From assembly GCA_019634005.1 (NCBI GenBank), contig JAHQWD010000003.1:240539-304538 (forward strand): 64,000 nt of DNA. Direction: 5' to 3'. Each line of letters begins with the position of its first letter. The stretch's first letter is position 1. The translations under genes were made by a program, and so were the position numbers. Of the stretch, positions 48,867 through 58,702 are shown piece by piece. The stretch is from Candidatus Kaiserbacteria bacterium. Its GTDB lineage: Bacteria; Patescibacteriota; Minisyncoccia; Phycocordibacterales; UBA918. Under the pieces are notes generated by a model. The model did no database searches. It was not told the origin of the DNA and saw only the letters and a list, made by a program, of their open reading frames with translations.

Positions 48867-49686
48867 CTTTGTATTTTTTGGCACCCCATACGTAGCGAGT
48901 GAGACACTGTCTCACCTGATTGAAGCGGGATTTACTCCTTCTCTTGTGGTCACCAATCCAGATGCACGGCGTGGGCGTGGTATGGAGCTACACCCTTCTC
49001 CTGTGAAAGTACTTGCAGAGGAATACAATATTCCAGTACTAACTCCAGAGAAGTTGGATGAGGATACACAAAAAGAGATTCTTTTGGGTAATCCAGAGTA
49101 TGCGATTGTGGTTGCATACGGAAAAATATTCCCTGAGGAGTTAATCAATGCCTTTCCTAGAGGAGTGCTGAACGTACACTATTCCCTACTCCCAAAGTAT
49201 CGTGGTGCAACACCAACAGAAGCAGCGCTTCTTCATGGGGATGCAGTCACTGGTGTCACTGTACAGAAGATGGTGAAAGAACTGGATGCAGGAGATGTCA
49301 TCGCACAGAGAGAGATTCCTATTGATCCTCTGGAGACCACCCTGGAACTTCGTCCGCGCCTCATTACACTCGGCGCAGAACTTCTGGTGGAGACGCTTCC
49401 GAAATATCTCGACGGAAGCATCACTCCAATCGCACAAGATCATAGTAAGGCAACGAAGTGTGGGAAGTTCACAAAGTCGGATGGTCTTTTGGATTTAGAT
49501 GCACCTGCTATCGAAAACTGGAATAAATATAGAGCGTACAAAGAGTGGCCAGGTACGTATTTCTTTAAAGGAGACAAGCGCGTGAAAATAACTGACGCAA
49601 CCCTTACTCCCAACGGAGTATTTCAGATACTGAAGGTAATTCCTGAGGGGAAAAAGGAGGTGGACTACGCTACTTTCCAAACCTAA
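48859..49686 (+). CDS. fmt: methionyl-tRNA formyltransferase
   Basis: MSNFVFFGTP N-terminus and HYSLLPKYRG formyltransferase motif; overlaps the def stop by 8 nt. Confidence 0.9.
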   Translation: MSNFVFFGTPYVASETLSHLIEAGFTPSLVVTNPDARRGRGMELHPSPVKVLAEEYNIPVLTPEKLDEDTQKEILLGNPEYAIVVAYGKIFPEELINAFPRGVLNVHYSLLPKYRGATPTEAALLHGDAVTGVTVQKMVKELDAGDVIAQREIPIDPLETTLELRPRLITLGAELLVETLPKYLDGSITPIAQDHSKATKCGKFTKSDGLLDLDAPAIENWNKYRAYKEWPGTYFFKGDKRVKITDATLTPNGVFQILKVIPEGKKEVDYATFQT

Positions 49687-50032
49687 GCATATTCTTTAGT
49701 CTTGCACCCCCTTTCCGTATTGCAGTGCGTACTTTGTTATTCGCTCTGCGGAGTTCTCGATCCATTTCGTTTTTTACCTCGTCGATAGATTTCTCAATCT
49801 GATCAGTCGTTGCTTCAGCGCGATACATCTTCCCATGGAAACGTACGTTAGCCTCTGCGCGATAAATGTCACCGCTCTGGCTTCCCGTCATCTTTTCAAG
49901 TTCAATATCGCAAGTAATATCGGTCTCATCTCCGATATGTTTTTCAAGTGTTGAGAACTTCTGTTCTATTAGTGACCGAAGCGTATCGGTTACTTCCATA
50001 CTGGTACCTTTGATATGTGTGATTGGAAACAT
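49670..50032 (-). CDS. hpf: ribosome hibernation promoting factor / RaiA family
   Basis: beta-alpha-beta-beta-beta-alpha short form of about 110 aa with ELEKM...RAEA pattern. Confidence 0.8.
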   Translation of the reverse strand: MFPITHIKGTSMEVTDTLRSLIEQKFSTLEKHIGDETDITCDIELEKMTGSQSGDIYRAEANVRFHGKMYRAEATTDQIEKSIDEVKNEMDRELRRANNKVRTAIRKGGARLKNMLRFGK

Positions 50033-50040
50033 AATGTGAT

Positions 50041-50265
50041 TTAGTTAACGTCTATATCAAACATCTTTATTGGTGACCGATGTCCAGTCACCATCTGCAC
50101 CTTCCCTTCTGGCATACCCAGCGTGTCCGCCAAGAGTGTGCGTACACGGCGGTTGGCAAGATTTCGTTCCGCAGGTTCTTTTACCTGCATCTCAAAACGC
50201 GTATCCGAGAGTTTCGTAACCTTTTCTTTCTTTGCCGATGGAATAACGGTTACGCGTATGTACAT
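50041..50265 (-). CDS. DUF167 (YggU) family protein
   Basis: 74 aa; KVQMVTGHRSPIK C-terminal signature. Confidence 0.65.
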   Translation of the reverse strand: MYIRVTVIPSAKKEKVTKLSDTRFEMQVKEPAERNLANRRVRTLLADTLGMPEGKVQMVTGHRSPIKMFDIDVN

Positions 50266-50513
50266 TATACCGTGTCCTTAGAACCGTACTGTTCTTGAAG
50301 ATACTCTGTAATGGCATCAGACTCGTACATTGACTTTCCAGTCTCTGAATCTACAAGGAATGGTTCCTGTTTCTTCCCACCAAGTGCAATGAGTTCATCC
50401 ACTACTCCTTCATCAGCGACATTCTTCTCTTCAAACTCTAAGTTGAGATCCTCAAGTTTCTTGAGTGCCATAGCAGAAAACGGACAATTAGTTCGTACGT
50501 ACAGTGTCAGCAT
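50265..50513 (-). CDS. glutaredoxin-like protein
   Basis: 82 aa thioredoxin-fold with CPFS active-site motif. Confidence 0.65.
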   Translation of the reverse strand: MLTLYVRTNCPFSAMALKKLEDLNLEFEEKNVADEGVVDELIALGGKKQEPFLVDSETGKSMYESDAITEYLQEQYGSKDTV

Positions 50514-50548
50514 AAAATACGGTATTTACTTTTACCCCTCTAGTATAA

Positions 50549-51106
50549 CTATCGGCGCTCATACCGTCCAATGAGTTCTGCGGAGTCGAGCATCATACCC
50601 TTTGCAGCAGTCTCTACCTCGTCCAAGGTTGGTGTCTTAATGAAATTGAGCGTTCCAGAGACTGCGTAGATTCTGAAGACGTATCGGTGTTCTGTTGGCT
50701 CGTATTCTGGTGGTGGGCAGGGACCACGATATCCTGTCTCCCCCGCTCCGTTGAGGCCAGATACACCACCATTTATAACTCCCTCCTTTGCAGGAAGGTT
50801 ATACAGTGCCCAGTGATCAAACTTCTCGATTCCTCGACTGTCTTTCACCTCCTGTGGAATGTCTGGATCGTCCATGACAAGTACGAGAGATCCTGTTCCT
50901 TCTGGAAGACTGGACACCTCAAGCGGCGGCGGTGCCAGCCTATCTCCATCACAAGTGTACTGGCTTGGGATAGTGCCGTTATGTTCAAATGCTGGCGAGG
51001 CGAGTTCCATAATTGATGATGGCGCGTGTGCGGTATTAAAGGAGAAATATGCTCCCACAAGGATGATGATAATGAGTATTCCGAGAATACTGTATGCGTG
51101 CTTCAT
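50549..51106 (-). CDS. YbhB/YbcL (PEBP) family protein, secreted
   Basis: signal/TM N-terminus; FDHWALYNLP...YRGPCPP...HRYVFRIYA PEBP signature. Confidence 0.75.
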   Translation of the reverse strand: MKHAYSILGILIIIILVGAYFSFNTAHAPSSIMELASPAFEHNGTIPSQYTCDGDRLAPPPLEVSSLPEGTGSLVLVMDDPDIPQEVKDSRGIEKFDHWALYNLPAKEGVINGGVSGLNGAGETGYRGPCPPPEYEPTEHRYVFRIYAVSGTLNFIKTPTLDEVETAAKGMMLDSAELIGRYERR

Positions 51107-51181
51107 ATACTCGGATTATACCATTGAAACTCTGTGATTTTTCTGTACAATGGCGTCTACGTTCCTTGTGAGCGTATATAT

Positions 51182-51253
51182 TCCGCGGTAGCTCAGTGGT
51201 AGAGCAGTTGGCTGTTAACCAATTGGTCGCAGGTTCGAATCCTGCCCGCGGAG
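51182..51253 (+). tRNA. tRNA-Asn (anticodon GTT)
   Basis: acceptor tccgcgg/ccgcgga, D-arm agctcagtggtagagc, anticodon loop ctGTTaa, T-arm caggttcgaatcctg. Confidence 0.9.
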
Positions 51254-51307
51254 CATTTGTAAAGCAAAGTAAAGTGTTATTTTTTTAGAACTGGTATAAT
51301 TTTGTAT

Positions 51308-51685
51308 ATGAAAAAAATATATCCAATCACAATCACAGAAAAATTAGAGGAATGTAAGAAATTTTATCAAGAGATTTTTGATTTTAAAATTGTATTTGAG
51401 GCCGAGTGGTATATCCAACTACTTCACATAAAAAGTGGTGTTGAAATTGCGATAATGAAGCCGAACTTGGAAAATCAACCTGCAGAATTACATACCGAAT
51501 ATAATGGTAATGGTATCGTCTATAGCTTTGAAGTAGATGATGCTGAAGAAGAGTATGAAAAAATAAAAGAAAAGACAGATAGTATATTTCACAAATTAAC
51601 TACTGAAGAATGGGGGCAAACTCATTTTATGCTTAAAGACCCTGCAGGAGTTGTGATTGATGTTGTTGAGCAAGCAAGTGAGTAA
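51308..51685 (+). CDS. VOC (glyoxalase/bleomycin-resistance) family protein
   Basis: about 125 aa beta-alpha-beta-beta-beta fold pattern; ATG 7 nt after TGGTATAAT; very AT-rich. Confidence 0.55.
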   Translation: MKKIYPITITEKLEECKKFYQEIFDFKIVFEAEWYIQLLHIKSGVEIAIMKPNLENQPAELHTEYNGNGIVYSFEVDDAEEEYEKIKEKTDSIFHKLTTEEWGQTHFMLKDPAGVVIDVVEQASE

Positions 51686-51809
51686 ATTTTTGCATATCTT
51701 TCTTAATTCTGTTCCAATTCATAGTTCTGAACTTATCTACTACTCGGAGCTTTTGTAAAGAATAGTCAAGTATCGTATGCTTGGCTTTTCTTTTTGATAT
51801 ACTTTCATA

Positions 51810-52352
51810 ATGAGTACTTACGTAGCCCTACTCCGTGGAATAAATGTCGGAGGTAATAACAAAATTAAAATGATAGAACTCAAAGTCCTCTTTGAGTCAC
51901 TTGGCTACACGAATGTTGTTACTTACATCAATTCAGGCAACGTAATATTTGAAACAAGAAAGAAAGATGTGAGTCGACTGGCAAGTGAAATTCAAAAAGG
52001 TATAAAAAAGAAATTCAAGCTAAATATTCCAGTCGTACTACGTACACAAAAAAATATTGAGAAAGTATGCAAGAAAATCCCACCTGATTGGGTAAATGAT
52101 AAAGATAATAAAACTGACGTAATGTTTCTGTGGGATAAGTTTGCAAGTAAGAAAACTCTGAAGCTAATTTCTACTAACCCAAAGATTGATTCGTTACTGT
52201 ATGTTGACGGGGCTATTATTTGGCATCTAAAAAAGAAGAATTATGGAAAGAGTAAAATGAATGACATTATTGGTACAGAAGTATACAAAAATATGACTGT
52301 ACGAAACATCAATACTGTTCGAAAACTTGCAACTCTGATGAATAGAGCATGA
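51810..52352 (+). CDS. DUF1697 family protein
   Basis: VALLRGINVGGNNKIKM N-terminal signature; ATG 6 nt after TGATATACT. Confidence 0.7.
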   Translation: MSTYVALLRGINVGGNNKIKMIELKVLFESLGYTNVVTYINSGNVIFETRKKDVSRLASEIQKGIKKKFKLNIPVVLRTQKNIEKVCKKIPPDWVNDKDNKTDVMFLWDKFASKKTLKLISTNPKIDSLLYVDGAIIWHLKKKNYGKSKMNDIIGTEVYKNMTVRNINTVRKLATLMNRA

Positions 52353-52423
52353 TACAGCCAGAACTTCTCTCAACACCTCTACGAATTATTGATCATTTGA
52401 TGGTTCCAATCATTTAGGCTGCT

Positions 52424-52876
52424 CTAATCTTCATATTCCTTAACCAGCTTGAAGTTAAGATATAAATTTGCCAGATAATTCGCTACACCAACTACACTTG
52501 CAATCACAATACGTGTCACCATAAAATATACTTCAGTATGTGTAGTAAAGAACCACATCAACGTACCCGTAACTACAGCACCAATCAGTGCAAACTTGAG
52601 AAAATAGAGATACCCCGTTACAAAAGCACGCTCCGTTCCCGCAAATGCCCATCTGCGACTCAAGACGTAATTAAGTGATACTGCAAGAAAGAATGCGATA
52701 ACTGATGCAGTTACAATCTCCACTTTGAAATAATCGATGAAGATCCATAAAAGAGAGAGGTCGAGCAGAAATGTTGACATCCCGACAAGAACATAACGTA
52801 TAAAACGTTGCATCTTAAGCTGTTTCATAGGAATAGTATTGTACTGTACGACTTGTGTATATGTATACTCTCGCAT
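52424..52876 (-). CDS. GtrA-family membrane protein
   Basis: 4 TM helices; FIRYVLVG...NYVLSRRWAF GtrA pattern. Confidence 0.7.
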   Translation of the reverse strand: MREYTYTQVVQYNTIPMKQLKMQRFIRYVLVGMSTFLLDLSLLWIFIDYFKVEIVTASVIAFFLAVSLNYVLSRRWAFAGTERAFVTGYLYFLKFALIGAVVTGTLMWFFTTHTEVYFMVTRIVIASVVGVANYLANLYLNFKLVKEYED

Positions 52877-52923
52877 CTGTATAGTCCTCTATACTGTACT
52901 TATACTCTATTAATATACATTTC

Positions 52924-53346
52924 ATGCACCATCACAAAAAATTACAAGAAGTCGCGAAATTTGTCTCAGGTCTTGTTGCTGCAGATCTCATCAGTGTTAT
53001 CTGGCTTGGCGCGGCTGGACACTTCCCATTCCAGATCTTCAGCATCACATTCCCTGAGAGCTCTATCCTGCCCATTGCACTCTTCGACGCAGCGGTACTT
53101 ATCATCCTGATCCACTTTGGATGGAGTGTACGACTTCCACTCCAGTCTCCAAAAGAAAAGACCCTTCTCTTCATTGTGGGACTACTGCTTGGGATCATTG
53201 CACTGCTCCACCTTACCCGTATTGCTTTCGGCTGGGATCTTACACTTGGTTCATTCACTGCGCCAGAATGGCTCTCATGGCTTGGAGTCATTATCACTGC
53301 ATATCTCTCCTACGCTGCATTCCATTTTGCACTTCGTATGAAGTAA
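52924..53346 (+). CDS. hypothetical membrane protein
   Basis: 140 aa, 4 hydrophobic helices. Confidence 0.4.
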   Translation: MHHHKKLQEVAKFVSGLVAADLISVIWLGAAGHFPFQIFSITFPESSILPIALFDAAVLIILIHFGWSVRLPLQSPKEKTLLFIVGLLLGIIALLHLTRIAFGWDLTLGSFTAPEWLSWLGVIITAYLSYAAFHFALRMK

Positions 53347-53347
53347 C

Positions 53348-54325
53348 ATGAAAATAGCACTTGCTCTCATCGGTATATCCGCTCTTGCTTCCGCATTGTG
53401 GTTTTTCATGTACGACTCTGAAGAAAGATACCCCGTAGAGGAAGACTTCTCGGACGTAGAGATGCTCTTTGAGCGTTTTGGTCTCCGCACAGATACTCGT
53501 ATACGGAATGTTGCGTTGGATCAGATCTTCTCAGGAGGACCAGGGAAAGATGGTATCCCTGCACTCTCAGACCCTATTTTCACTACAGTCTCAGAAGCAG
53601 ATGTCGACGGGGAGACTCTGGGCGTCCTCGTCATTATAGAAGAGGTGAAGCGATTCTACCCATACACCATCCTTGTTTGGCACGAGATTGTAAATGATCA
53701 CATCGGTGATACTCATTTTGCAGTTACATTCTGTCCGCTTTGTGGAAGCGCAATTGTCTTTGACCGAAACGTAGATGGGGACATTCTCTCCTTTGGTGTC
53801 AGCGGTCTTCTCTTCGAGTCCAATCTCTTAATGTACGATAGTGCGACAGAATCGCTGTGGTCTCAAGCAGGAAATGAAGCCGTCGTCGGTACCTACACAG
53901 GAACAAGACTTTCAGTACTTCCCATGAGACTCCTAACATTCTCTTCCCTCCAATTTGAATATCCAGATGCACAGATACTCTCTCAAGATACTGGATATGT
54001 TCGCCGTTATGGTATCGATCCATATACGGGATATGGCCTTTCTGAAGATCTTTACTTCCCTGTGTCGGTCTCGGATAAACGCTTTCCCGCAAAAGAGATC
54101 TTCTATGTTTTTCCTTACAAAGAAAAATCGATCGCCTTTCCTGAGAAAAGTCTCATCGATACGGCAAACTTCTCGATTGGTGACACCACCGTGACCGCAA
54201 CGCGGCATACTGATGGCATTGCCATTACAACAGAGGACAACACTGTCCTTCCAGGGTATTACGAAATGTGGTTCTCATGGGCAACACATCATCAAGAAGA
54301 TGGTGTTGTGTGGGAGATAGAATAA
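53348..54325 (+). CDS. DUF3179 family protein
   Basis: HFAVTFCPLCGSAIVFDR...LLFESNLLMYD signature; N-terminal TM. Confidence 0.7.
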   Translation: MKIALALIGISALASALWFFMYDSEERYPVEEDFSDVEMLFERFGLRTDTRIRNVALDQIFSGGPGKDGIPALSDPIFTTVSEADVDGETLGVLVIIEEVKRFYPYTILVWHEIVNDHIGDTHFAVTFCPLCGSAIVFDRNVDGDILSFGVSGLLFESNLLMYDSATESLWSQAGNEAVVGTYTGTRLSVLPMRLLTFSSLQFEYPDAQILSQDTGYVRRYGIDPYTGYGLSEDLYFPVSVSDKRFPAKEIFYVFPYKEKSIAFPEKSLIDTANFSIGDTTVTATRHTDGIAITTEDNTVLPGYYEMWFSWATHHQEDGVVWEIE

Positions 54326-54326
54326 A

Positions 54327-55340
54327 TTATTGCGGAACACACGAAAGCGACCCATCTGGTATGGCCCGACACATTCCAGAAACATTTCCACGCGGTGTTG
54401 TAAAGGAACACACCGAGCCCATATCCTCCCCTTCGCAAGCATTTGTTGCTTCTTGTGGAGGTATTCTTCCTTGCTGTTGCGCACCTTCTCTACCACGCTG
54501 CATGAAGCTTTCATCAGGAACACCATGAACACACCGCTGGATATATGGGAAGGTATCTGTAAAAAGATACACGTACTCCCCTTCTATAAACATTCCGTTA
54601 CACGCATCGAGATCTCCAGAGTCAGGGATATACTCAAAATCTTCAGTGTAGGTACCGTCATAGACTCCTCCAGGACCATCTGGTCGTACCCCCTCTTTTA
54701 TCTGCCAACTCGACTGATACGCATGAGATTGTGAAAAATATATAGGAAATCCATCTGCTGCCCATGCGAGATGTATCAAGTCTCCTGATTGCTCTTCAAG
54801 TGCATGCTCAAGAAGTCCTTCAGGTACTGCGTGGTAATGATAGGTGCCATCTGGTTGTACATGCGCATTCGACCAATCGATACCAAGACCACCGACGCCA
54901 TCTGCATCAAATGCCTCAATGGACCATGAGATATCTTCGTCGTATGTCTCGGCAGTCCCTGGTTCTAATGGAATACCGTTAAGTGCCACCCCCGCAATCC
55001 GTACTGCTGTCGTGGTCTCTGTATATGTCGGAGTGCGTGGCACACGGTACGAATGACTCTGTTCACTAATCGCATTTGGATTCCCTCGGTTTGGGAACGC
55101 TCCCGTCTCGTGATCTGGAAGACCATCAGAGGTGATGTAGCGATACTGTCCGTCGGTGGTGATAACGGCACTTCCATACCCATCCTCTTCAACAAAAAAT
55201 GCTTGCTTCTCTATCGATATCTCATGAGTATGCGTCTCTCCATTCTCGTGAGTATGTGTCACACCATGAGGGGTGTCGACACCACCAAAGAGACTGGAGA
55301 GTCCCAACCAGATCGTGGTAAATACGGAAAAGAAATCCAT
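54327..55340 (-). CDS. YHYH-domain secreted protein
   Basis: DGTYHYHAVPEGLLEH motif; N-terminal signal peptide. Confidence 0.7.
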   Translation of the reverse strand: MDFFSVFTTIWLGLSSLFGGVDTPHGVTHTHENGETHTHEISIEKQAFFVEEDGYGSAVITTDGQYRYITSDGLPDHETGAFPNRGNPNAISEQSHSYRVPRTPTYTETTTAVRIAGVALNGIPLEPGTAETYDEDISWSIEAFDADGVGGLGIDWSNAHVQPDGTYHYHAVPEGLLEHALEEQSGDLIHLAWAADGFPIYFSQSHAYQSSWQIKEGVRPDGPGGVYDGTYTEDFEYIPDSGDLDACNGMFIEGEYVYLFTDTFPYIQRCVHGVPDESFMQRGREGAQQQGRIPPQEATNACEGEDMGSVCSFTTPRGNVSGMCRAIPDGSLSCVPQ

Positions 55341-55343
55341 ATG

Positions 55344-55500
55344 CTATACCCCAAACGCTACACCCAGATAGTATGGCCACAAAACAATTGCAAGCACTCC
55401 TTGTCCGAAAGAGAGTTTGAGAAAGCCGATAGTGAAAAGCCATGCAGCAAACCACACTCCTCCCGATAATACTTGTGTTTCTACTTTTATCTTACTCATA
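55344..55500 (-). CDS. small membrane protein (51 aa), not in ORF track
   Basis: MSKIKVETQVLSGGVWFAAWLFTIGFLKLSFGQGVLAIVLWPYYLGVAFGV; stop lies 4 nt before the YHYH start. Confidence 0.3.
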
Positions 55501-55523
55501 CAGATATAGTACTATACATTTGT

Positions 55524-55811
55524 ATGAAAGTAGATGAATTAAAACAAAAAATTGAACAGGGGGACGATATGCTCATTCTCGATGTTCGAGAGAAAGAAGA
55601 GTTTGATGCAGAACAAGATCCAATCCCTGGTGCACAAAATGTACCTATGGGAAAAATCTTTGTCGAAGCTGCACAGGGTACACTTCCAAAAGATAAAGAG
55701 ATTGTCACCGTGTGTGCAAGTGGATCACGATGCCAGATTGTCGCTCGGGAGCTCAAAGAAAAAGGCTATCACATTGAGGAACTTGAAGGCGGCATGAAAG
55801 AGTGGAGGTAG
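55524..55811 (+). CDS. rhodanese-domain sulfurtransferase
   Basis: active-site loop VCASGSRCQ; 96 aa. Confidence 0.8.
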   Translation: MKVDELKQKIEQGDDMLILDVREKEEFDAEQDPIPGAQNVPMGKIFVEAAQGTLPKDKEIVTVCASGSRCQIVARELKEKGYHIEELEGGMKEWR

Positions 55812-55850
55812 TTTTGACACCTATACCCCATGGGGTATACTGTTCTCTGT

Positions 55851-56108
55851 ATGAAGATAGCATTATCTGAAAACAGACAGAAGGTTATGAATCGCCTCAA
55901 GCGAGTTGAGGGTCAGGTGCGTGCGGTACAAGGCATGTTAGAATGCGAGAAAGAGTGCGCTGATATCGCGACCCAACTGTCTGCATGTCGGAGTGCTATT
56001 GAACAAACCTTAGGAGTCTTTGTTGCCTGCGCCATCGAGGAATCGAGCAAAGGTCAGAGCAAGAAGGACACCGAGGACATTAAACGTCTTTTACAACTAA
56101 TTGTATAA
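55851..56108 (+). CDS. CsoR/RcnR-family metal-sensing repressor
   Basis: LKRVEGQVRAVQGML...C...C pattern (DUF156); start at ATG 55851. Confidence 0.8.
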   Translation: MKIALSENRQKVMNRLKRVEGQVRAVQGMLECEKECADIATQLSACRSAIEQTLGVFVACAIEESSKGQSKKDTEDIKRLLQLIV

Positions 56109-56112
56109 ATCT

Positions 56113-56661
56113 ATGTCAGAAGAACAAATGCTAAACAAACCAGTGCCACAGGTAACGTTTAAGACCCGTGTACGCGATGAGAGTATTGGTGGCGAGAACC
56201 CATATCGGTGGGAGGATGTAACCAGTGATGACTACTTCAAGGGGAAGAAGACCGTTGTATTTGCGCTTCCTGGAGCGTTTACCCCAACCTGTTCTGCAAC
56301 ACACCTTCCTGGATATGAACGTATGTATGACGAGTTCAAGGCACTTGGAATTGACGAAGTGTACTGTCTCTCAGTAAACGATGCATTCGTGATGAACAAG
56401 TGGGGACAGCATCTTGATGTTGAGAAGGTAAAACTTATCCCTGACGGATCAGGAGAATTTACCAAGGAGATCGGTATGATGGTGAAGAAAGATAATCTTG
56501 GATTTGGAGACCGATCATGGCGGTACAGCATGTACGTTGACAATGGTGAGATTAAAAAAGTATTCATCGAGCCAGGATTTGAGGACAACTGTCCAGACGA
56601 CCCATTTGAGGTATCTGATGCAGAGACTATGCTCAATTACCTCAAGGAAGAGCTCGCGTAG
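56113..56661 (+). CDS. peroxiredoxin (Prx5-type)
   Basis: FALPGAFTPTCSATHLPGY peroxidatic Cys motif. Confidence 0.85.
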   Translation: MSEEQMLNKPVPQVTFKTRVRDESIGGENPYRWEDVTSDDYFKGKKTVVFALPGAFTPTCSATHLPGYERMYDEFKALGIDEVYCLSVNDAFVMNKWGQHLDVEKVKLIPDGSGEFTKEIGMMVKKDNLGFGDRSWRYSMYVDNGEIKKVFIEPGFEDNCPDDPFEVSDAETMLNYLKEELA

Positions 56662-56676
56662 GCACTCCCTTACATA

Positions 56677-56710
56677 AAACACGACACCTTATTGGTGTCG
56701 TGTTTTATTA
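56677..56710 (+). terminator. rho-independent terminator
   Basis: aaacacgacacc-ttatt-ggtgtcgtgttttatt. Confidence 0.6.
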
Positions 56711-56774
56711 TTGACCTCCTTTACTATGTAGAGTACGGTGTTGGCTGGAACGCACGCAATATTGGGAGAAAAAT

Positions 56775-57023
56775 ATGTGCACACTCAATGTCGATGACAT
56801 TGTCTTCTTGAAGGGGGAGTCTCACTTCCCCGACCCGCGACAACTGAAACAGCGCAACCAGCTCAAAGACGACCTCCCTGATGGGAAGCTTCTCGTCGCG
56901 GAGATTGATGAGGAGCATGGCATCGTCCGCCTCAAGAAACCGTGCAGTGAGATCATCACCATGCCAAACGGCTCTGGGCTAATGATTGATGTTCGCTACT
57001 TTGAACGAGCTGGCGGGCTCTGA
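56775..57023 (+). CDS. hypothetical protein
   Basis: 82 aa; GGGAGA SD; followed by the terminator at 57048. Confidence 0.35.
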   Translation: MCTLNVDDIVFLKGESHFPDPRQLKQRNQLKDDLPDGKLLVAEIDEEHGIVRLKKPCSEIITMPNGSGLMIDVRYFERAGGL

Positions 57024-57047
57024 GAGGAAAAGACAAGCTATGCAACG

Positions 57048-57073
57048 GTCGCGCTATAATGGCGCGACTTTTT
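57048..57073 (+). terminator. rho-independent terminator
   Basis: gtcgcgc-tataatg-gcgcgac followed by ttttt. Confidence 0.55.
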
Positions 57074-57087
57074 GATACACTGTATGT

Positions 57088-57522
57088 ATGAAGAAAATAG
57101 GACTCGGTATTGGAGCACTTCTCATCATCATTATCGTGGGGTTCTTTTCAGAGATGTCTGAGAAGAGTAATCTCCCTGAAGATATCAGAGTACACATTGA
57201 GAGTAAGGCGGATCTTATCACCCTTGCAGAGCCTGTTCCTGGTACAGAGGTTGGCTCTCCACTCACGGTACATGGCGAGGCAAAAGGATACTGGTTCTTT
57301 GAGGCAAGCTTCCCCATCATATTGACCGATGCGGATGGAATTATCATTGCAGAAGGATACGTCACCGCACAATCAGATTGGATGACGGAGGATTTTGTAC
57401 CCTTTGAGGGAACCCTCGAGTTTGCCCCTCAAGGGGACCGTGGGATTCTTATACTCAAGAGAGCAAATGCCTCTGGACTACCAGAACATGATGACGCACT
57501 TGAGATTCCTGTTACCTTTTAA
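57088..57522 (+). CDS. Gmad2 immunoglobulin-like domain protein, secreted
   Basis: TM/signal plus LTVHGEAKGYWFFEASFPIIL...FEGTLEF; ATG 6 nt after TGATACACT. Confidence 0.6.
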   Translation: MKKIGLGIGALLIIIIVGFFSEMSEKSNLPEDIRVHIESKADLITLAEPVPGTEVGSPLTVHGEAKGYWFFEASFPIILTDADGIIIAEGYVTAQSDWMTEDFVPFEGTLEFAPQGDRGILILKRANASGLPEHDDALEIPVTF

Positions 57523-58616
57523 TGTGTATGTGCGTGCGGCGCCTTATCTCCTTTCTGCATAAGGAAAACAGCAAGGAGTGTTGTAATTGGTACCGTGAGC
57601 ACGAGACCAATACTTCCAACGAGAGACCGAATGATTTCTGTTGCGAATATCTCTCGATTCATAATAGAGACGATACTACTGTCTGAGAGCGCAAACAGAA
57701 GCATGAGTGGCAACGCTGCACCTGTATAGGCGAGCACCAATGTATTTACGAGCGCACCAACATGCTCCTTCCCTACCCGCAGCGCTTTTGTGTAAACCTC
57801 TCTTCGGGAGAGTTTCTCATTTGCATCGCGAAGCTCGCGCACAACTGCAACCTGGGTCACGGCAATATCATCAAGTGCACCGAGTGCACCGATGATAATT
57901 GCTGCAAGGAGAAGCCCCACAAAGTCCAGTTGCCCACCTGTATTGAGGTTGAGATATGTTGTCTCATCTGAGGTGAAGCCTGTGAGTCCTGTGAATGCGA
58001 CAGACCAATACGCAAGAATACCCGTAAGGACGACTGCACTCATAGTACCGAGAAACGCAACGGTAGATCCTTTATTAAAGCCGTGGGTAAAGAAGATGGC
58101 AAAGAAGAGTATGAGACCTGCAACAAGAATACTGAGCGGTATGGGTGCGGCACCACTTACCAAGTGTGGCACCAATATGTATACGATGACAAGAAGACTC
58201 CCTGCAAGCGAGAGAAGAGATCGAAATCCTTGCATCCCACCAAAGAGAAGGACCACTCCTGCGAACAATGCAAAGACTATCGCCATAGCACCCTTCCTAT
58301 CTACCTCGCGTACAAGGTAGTATTCTCTTCCGTCTATAGTCTTCAGGTGATTGAGATAGAATCTATCCCCTTCATCAAGCTGTATGTAGTCGTTTTCAAA
58401 GGTAACCCACTCCCCTTCTCGTTCCCCTTCCAAGAAACGTACGGTGAGTGTCTGTACAGAATTTTCTACGTCGCTTCCTGGAACAGTAACCGTGTGCTCA
58501 TCTGATACCTCAATTACTTCCGCTCGCCACGTATTTTGCACGTCTTGATACAGCTCTTGTGCTGAGGCAAAGACTGGAAGTGTCATTATGATGAGTGCAT
58601 AGAGTGCTACTTTCAT
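57519..58616 (-). CDS. YibE/F-family membrane protein
   Basis: signal peptide, periplasmic-like N-terminal domain, about 7 TM C-terminal region. Confidence 0.65.
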   Translation of the reverse strand: MKVALYALIIMTLPVFASAQELYQDVQNTWRAEVIEVSDEHTVTVPGSDVENSVQTLTVRFLEGEREGEWVTFENDYIQLDEGDRFYLNHLKTIDGREYYLVREVDRKGAMAIVFALFAGVVLLFGGMQGFRSLLSLAGSLLVIVYILVPHLVSGAAPIPLSILVAGLILFFAIFFTHGFNKGSTVAFLGTMSAVVLTGILAYWSVAFTGLTGFTSDETTYLNLNTGGQLDFVGLLLAAIIIGALGALDDIAVTQVAVVRELRDANEKLSRREVYTKALRVGKEHVGALVNTLVLAYTGAALPLMLLFALSDSSIVSIMNREIFATEIIRSLVGSIGLVLTVPITTLLAVFLMQKGDKAPHAHTH

Positions 58617-58702
58617 GCAGGTATTGTATCAGTTTAGTCCATACTTGACATACTGTTTTTTGAGTATTATAATGGGATAGTAAAAATGATCTTTGAAAGG
58701 AG

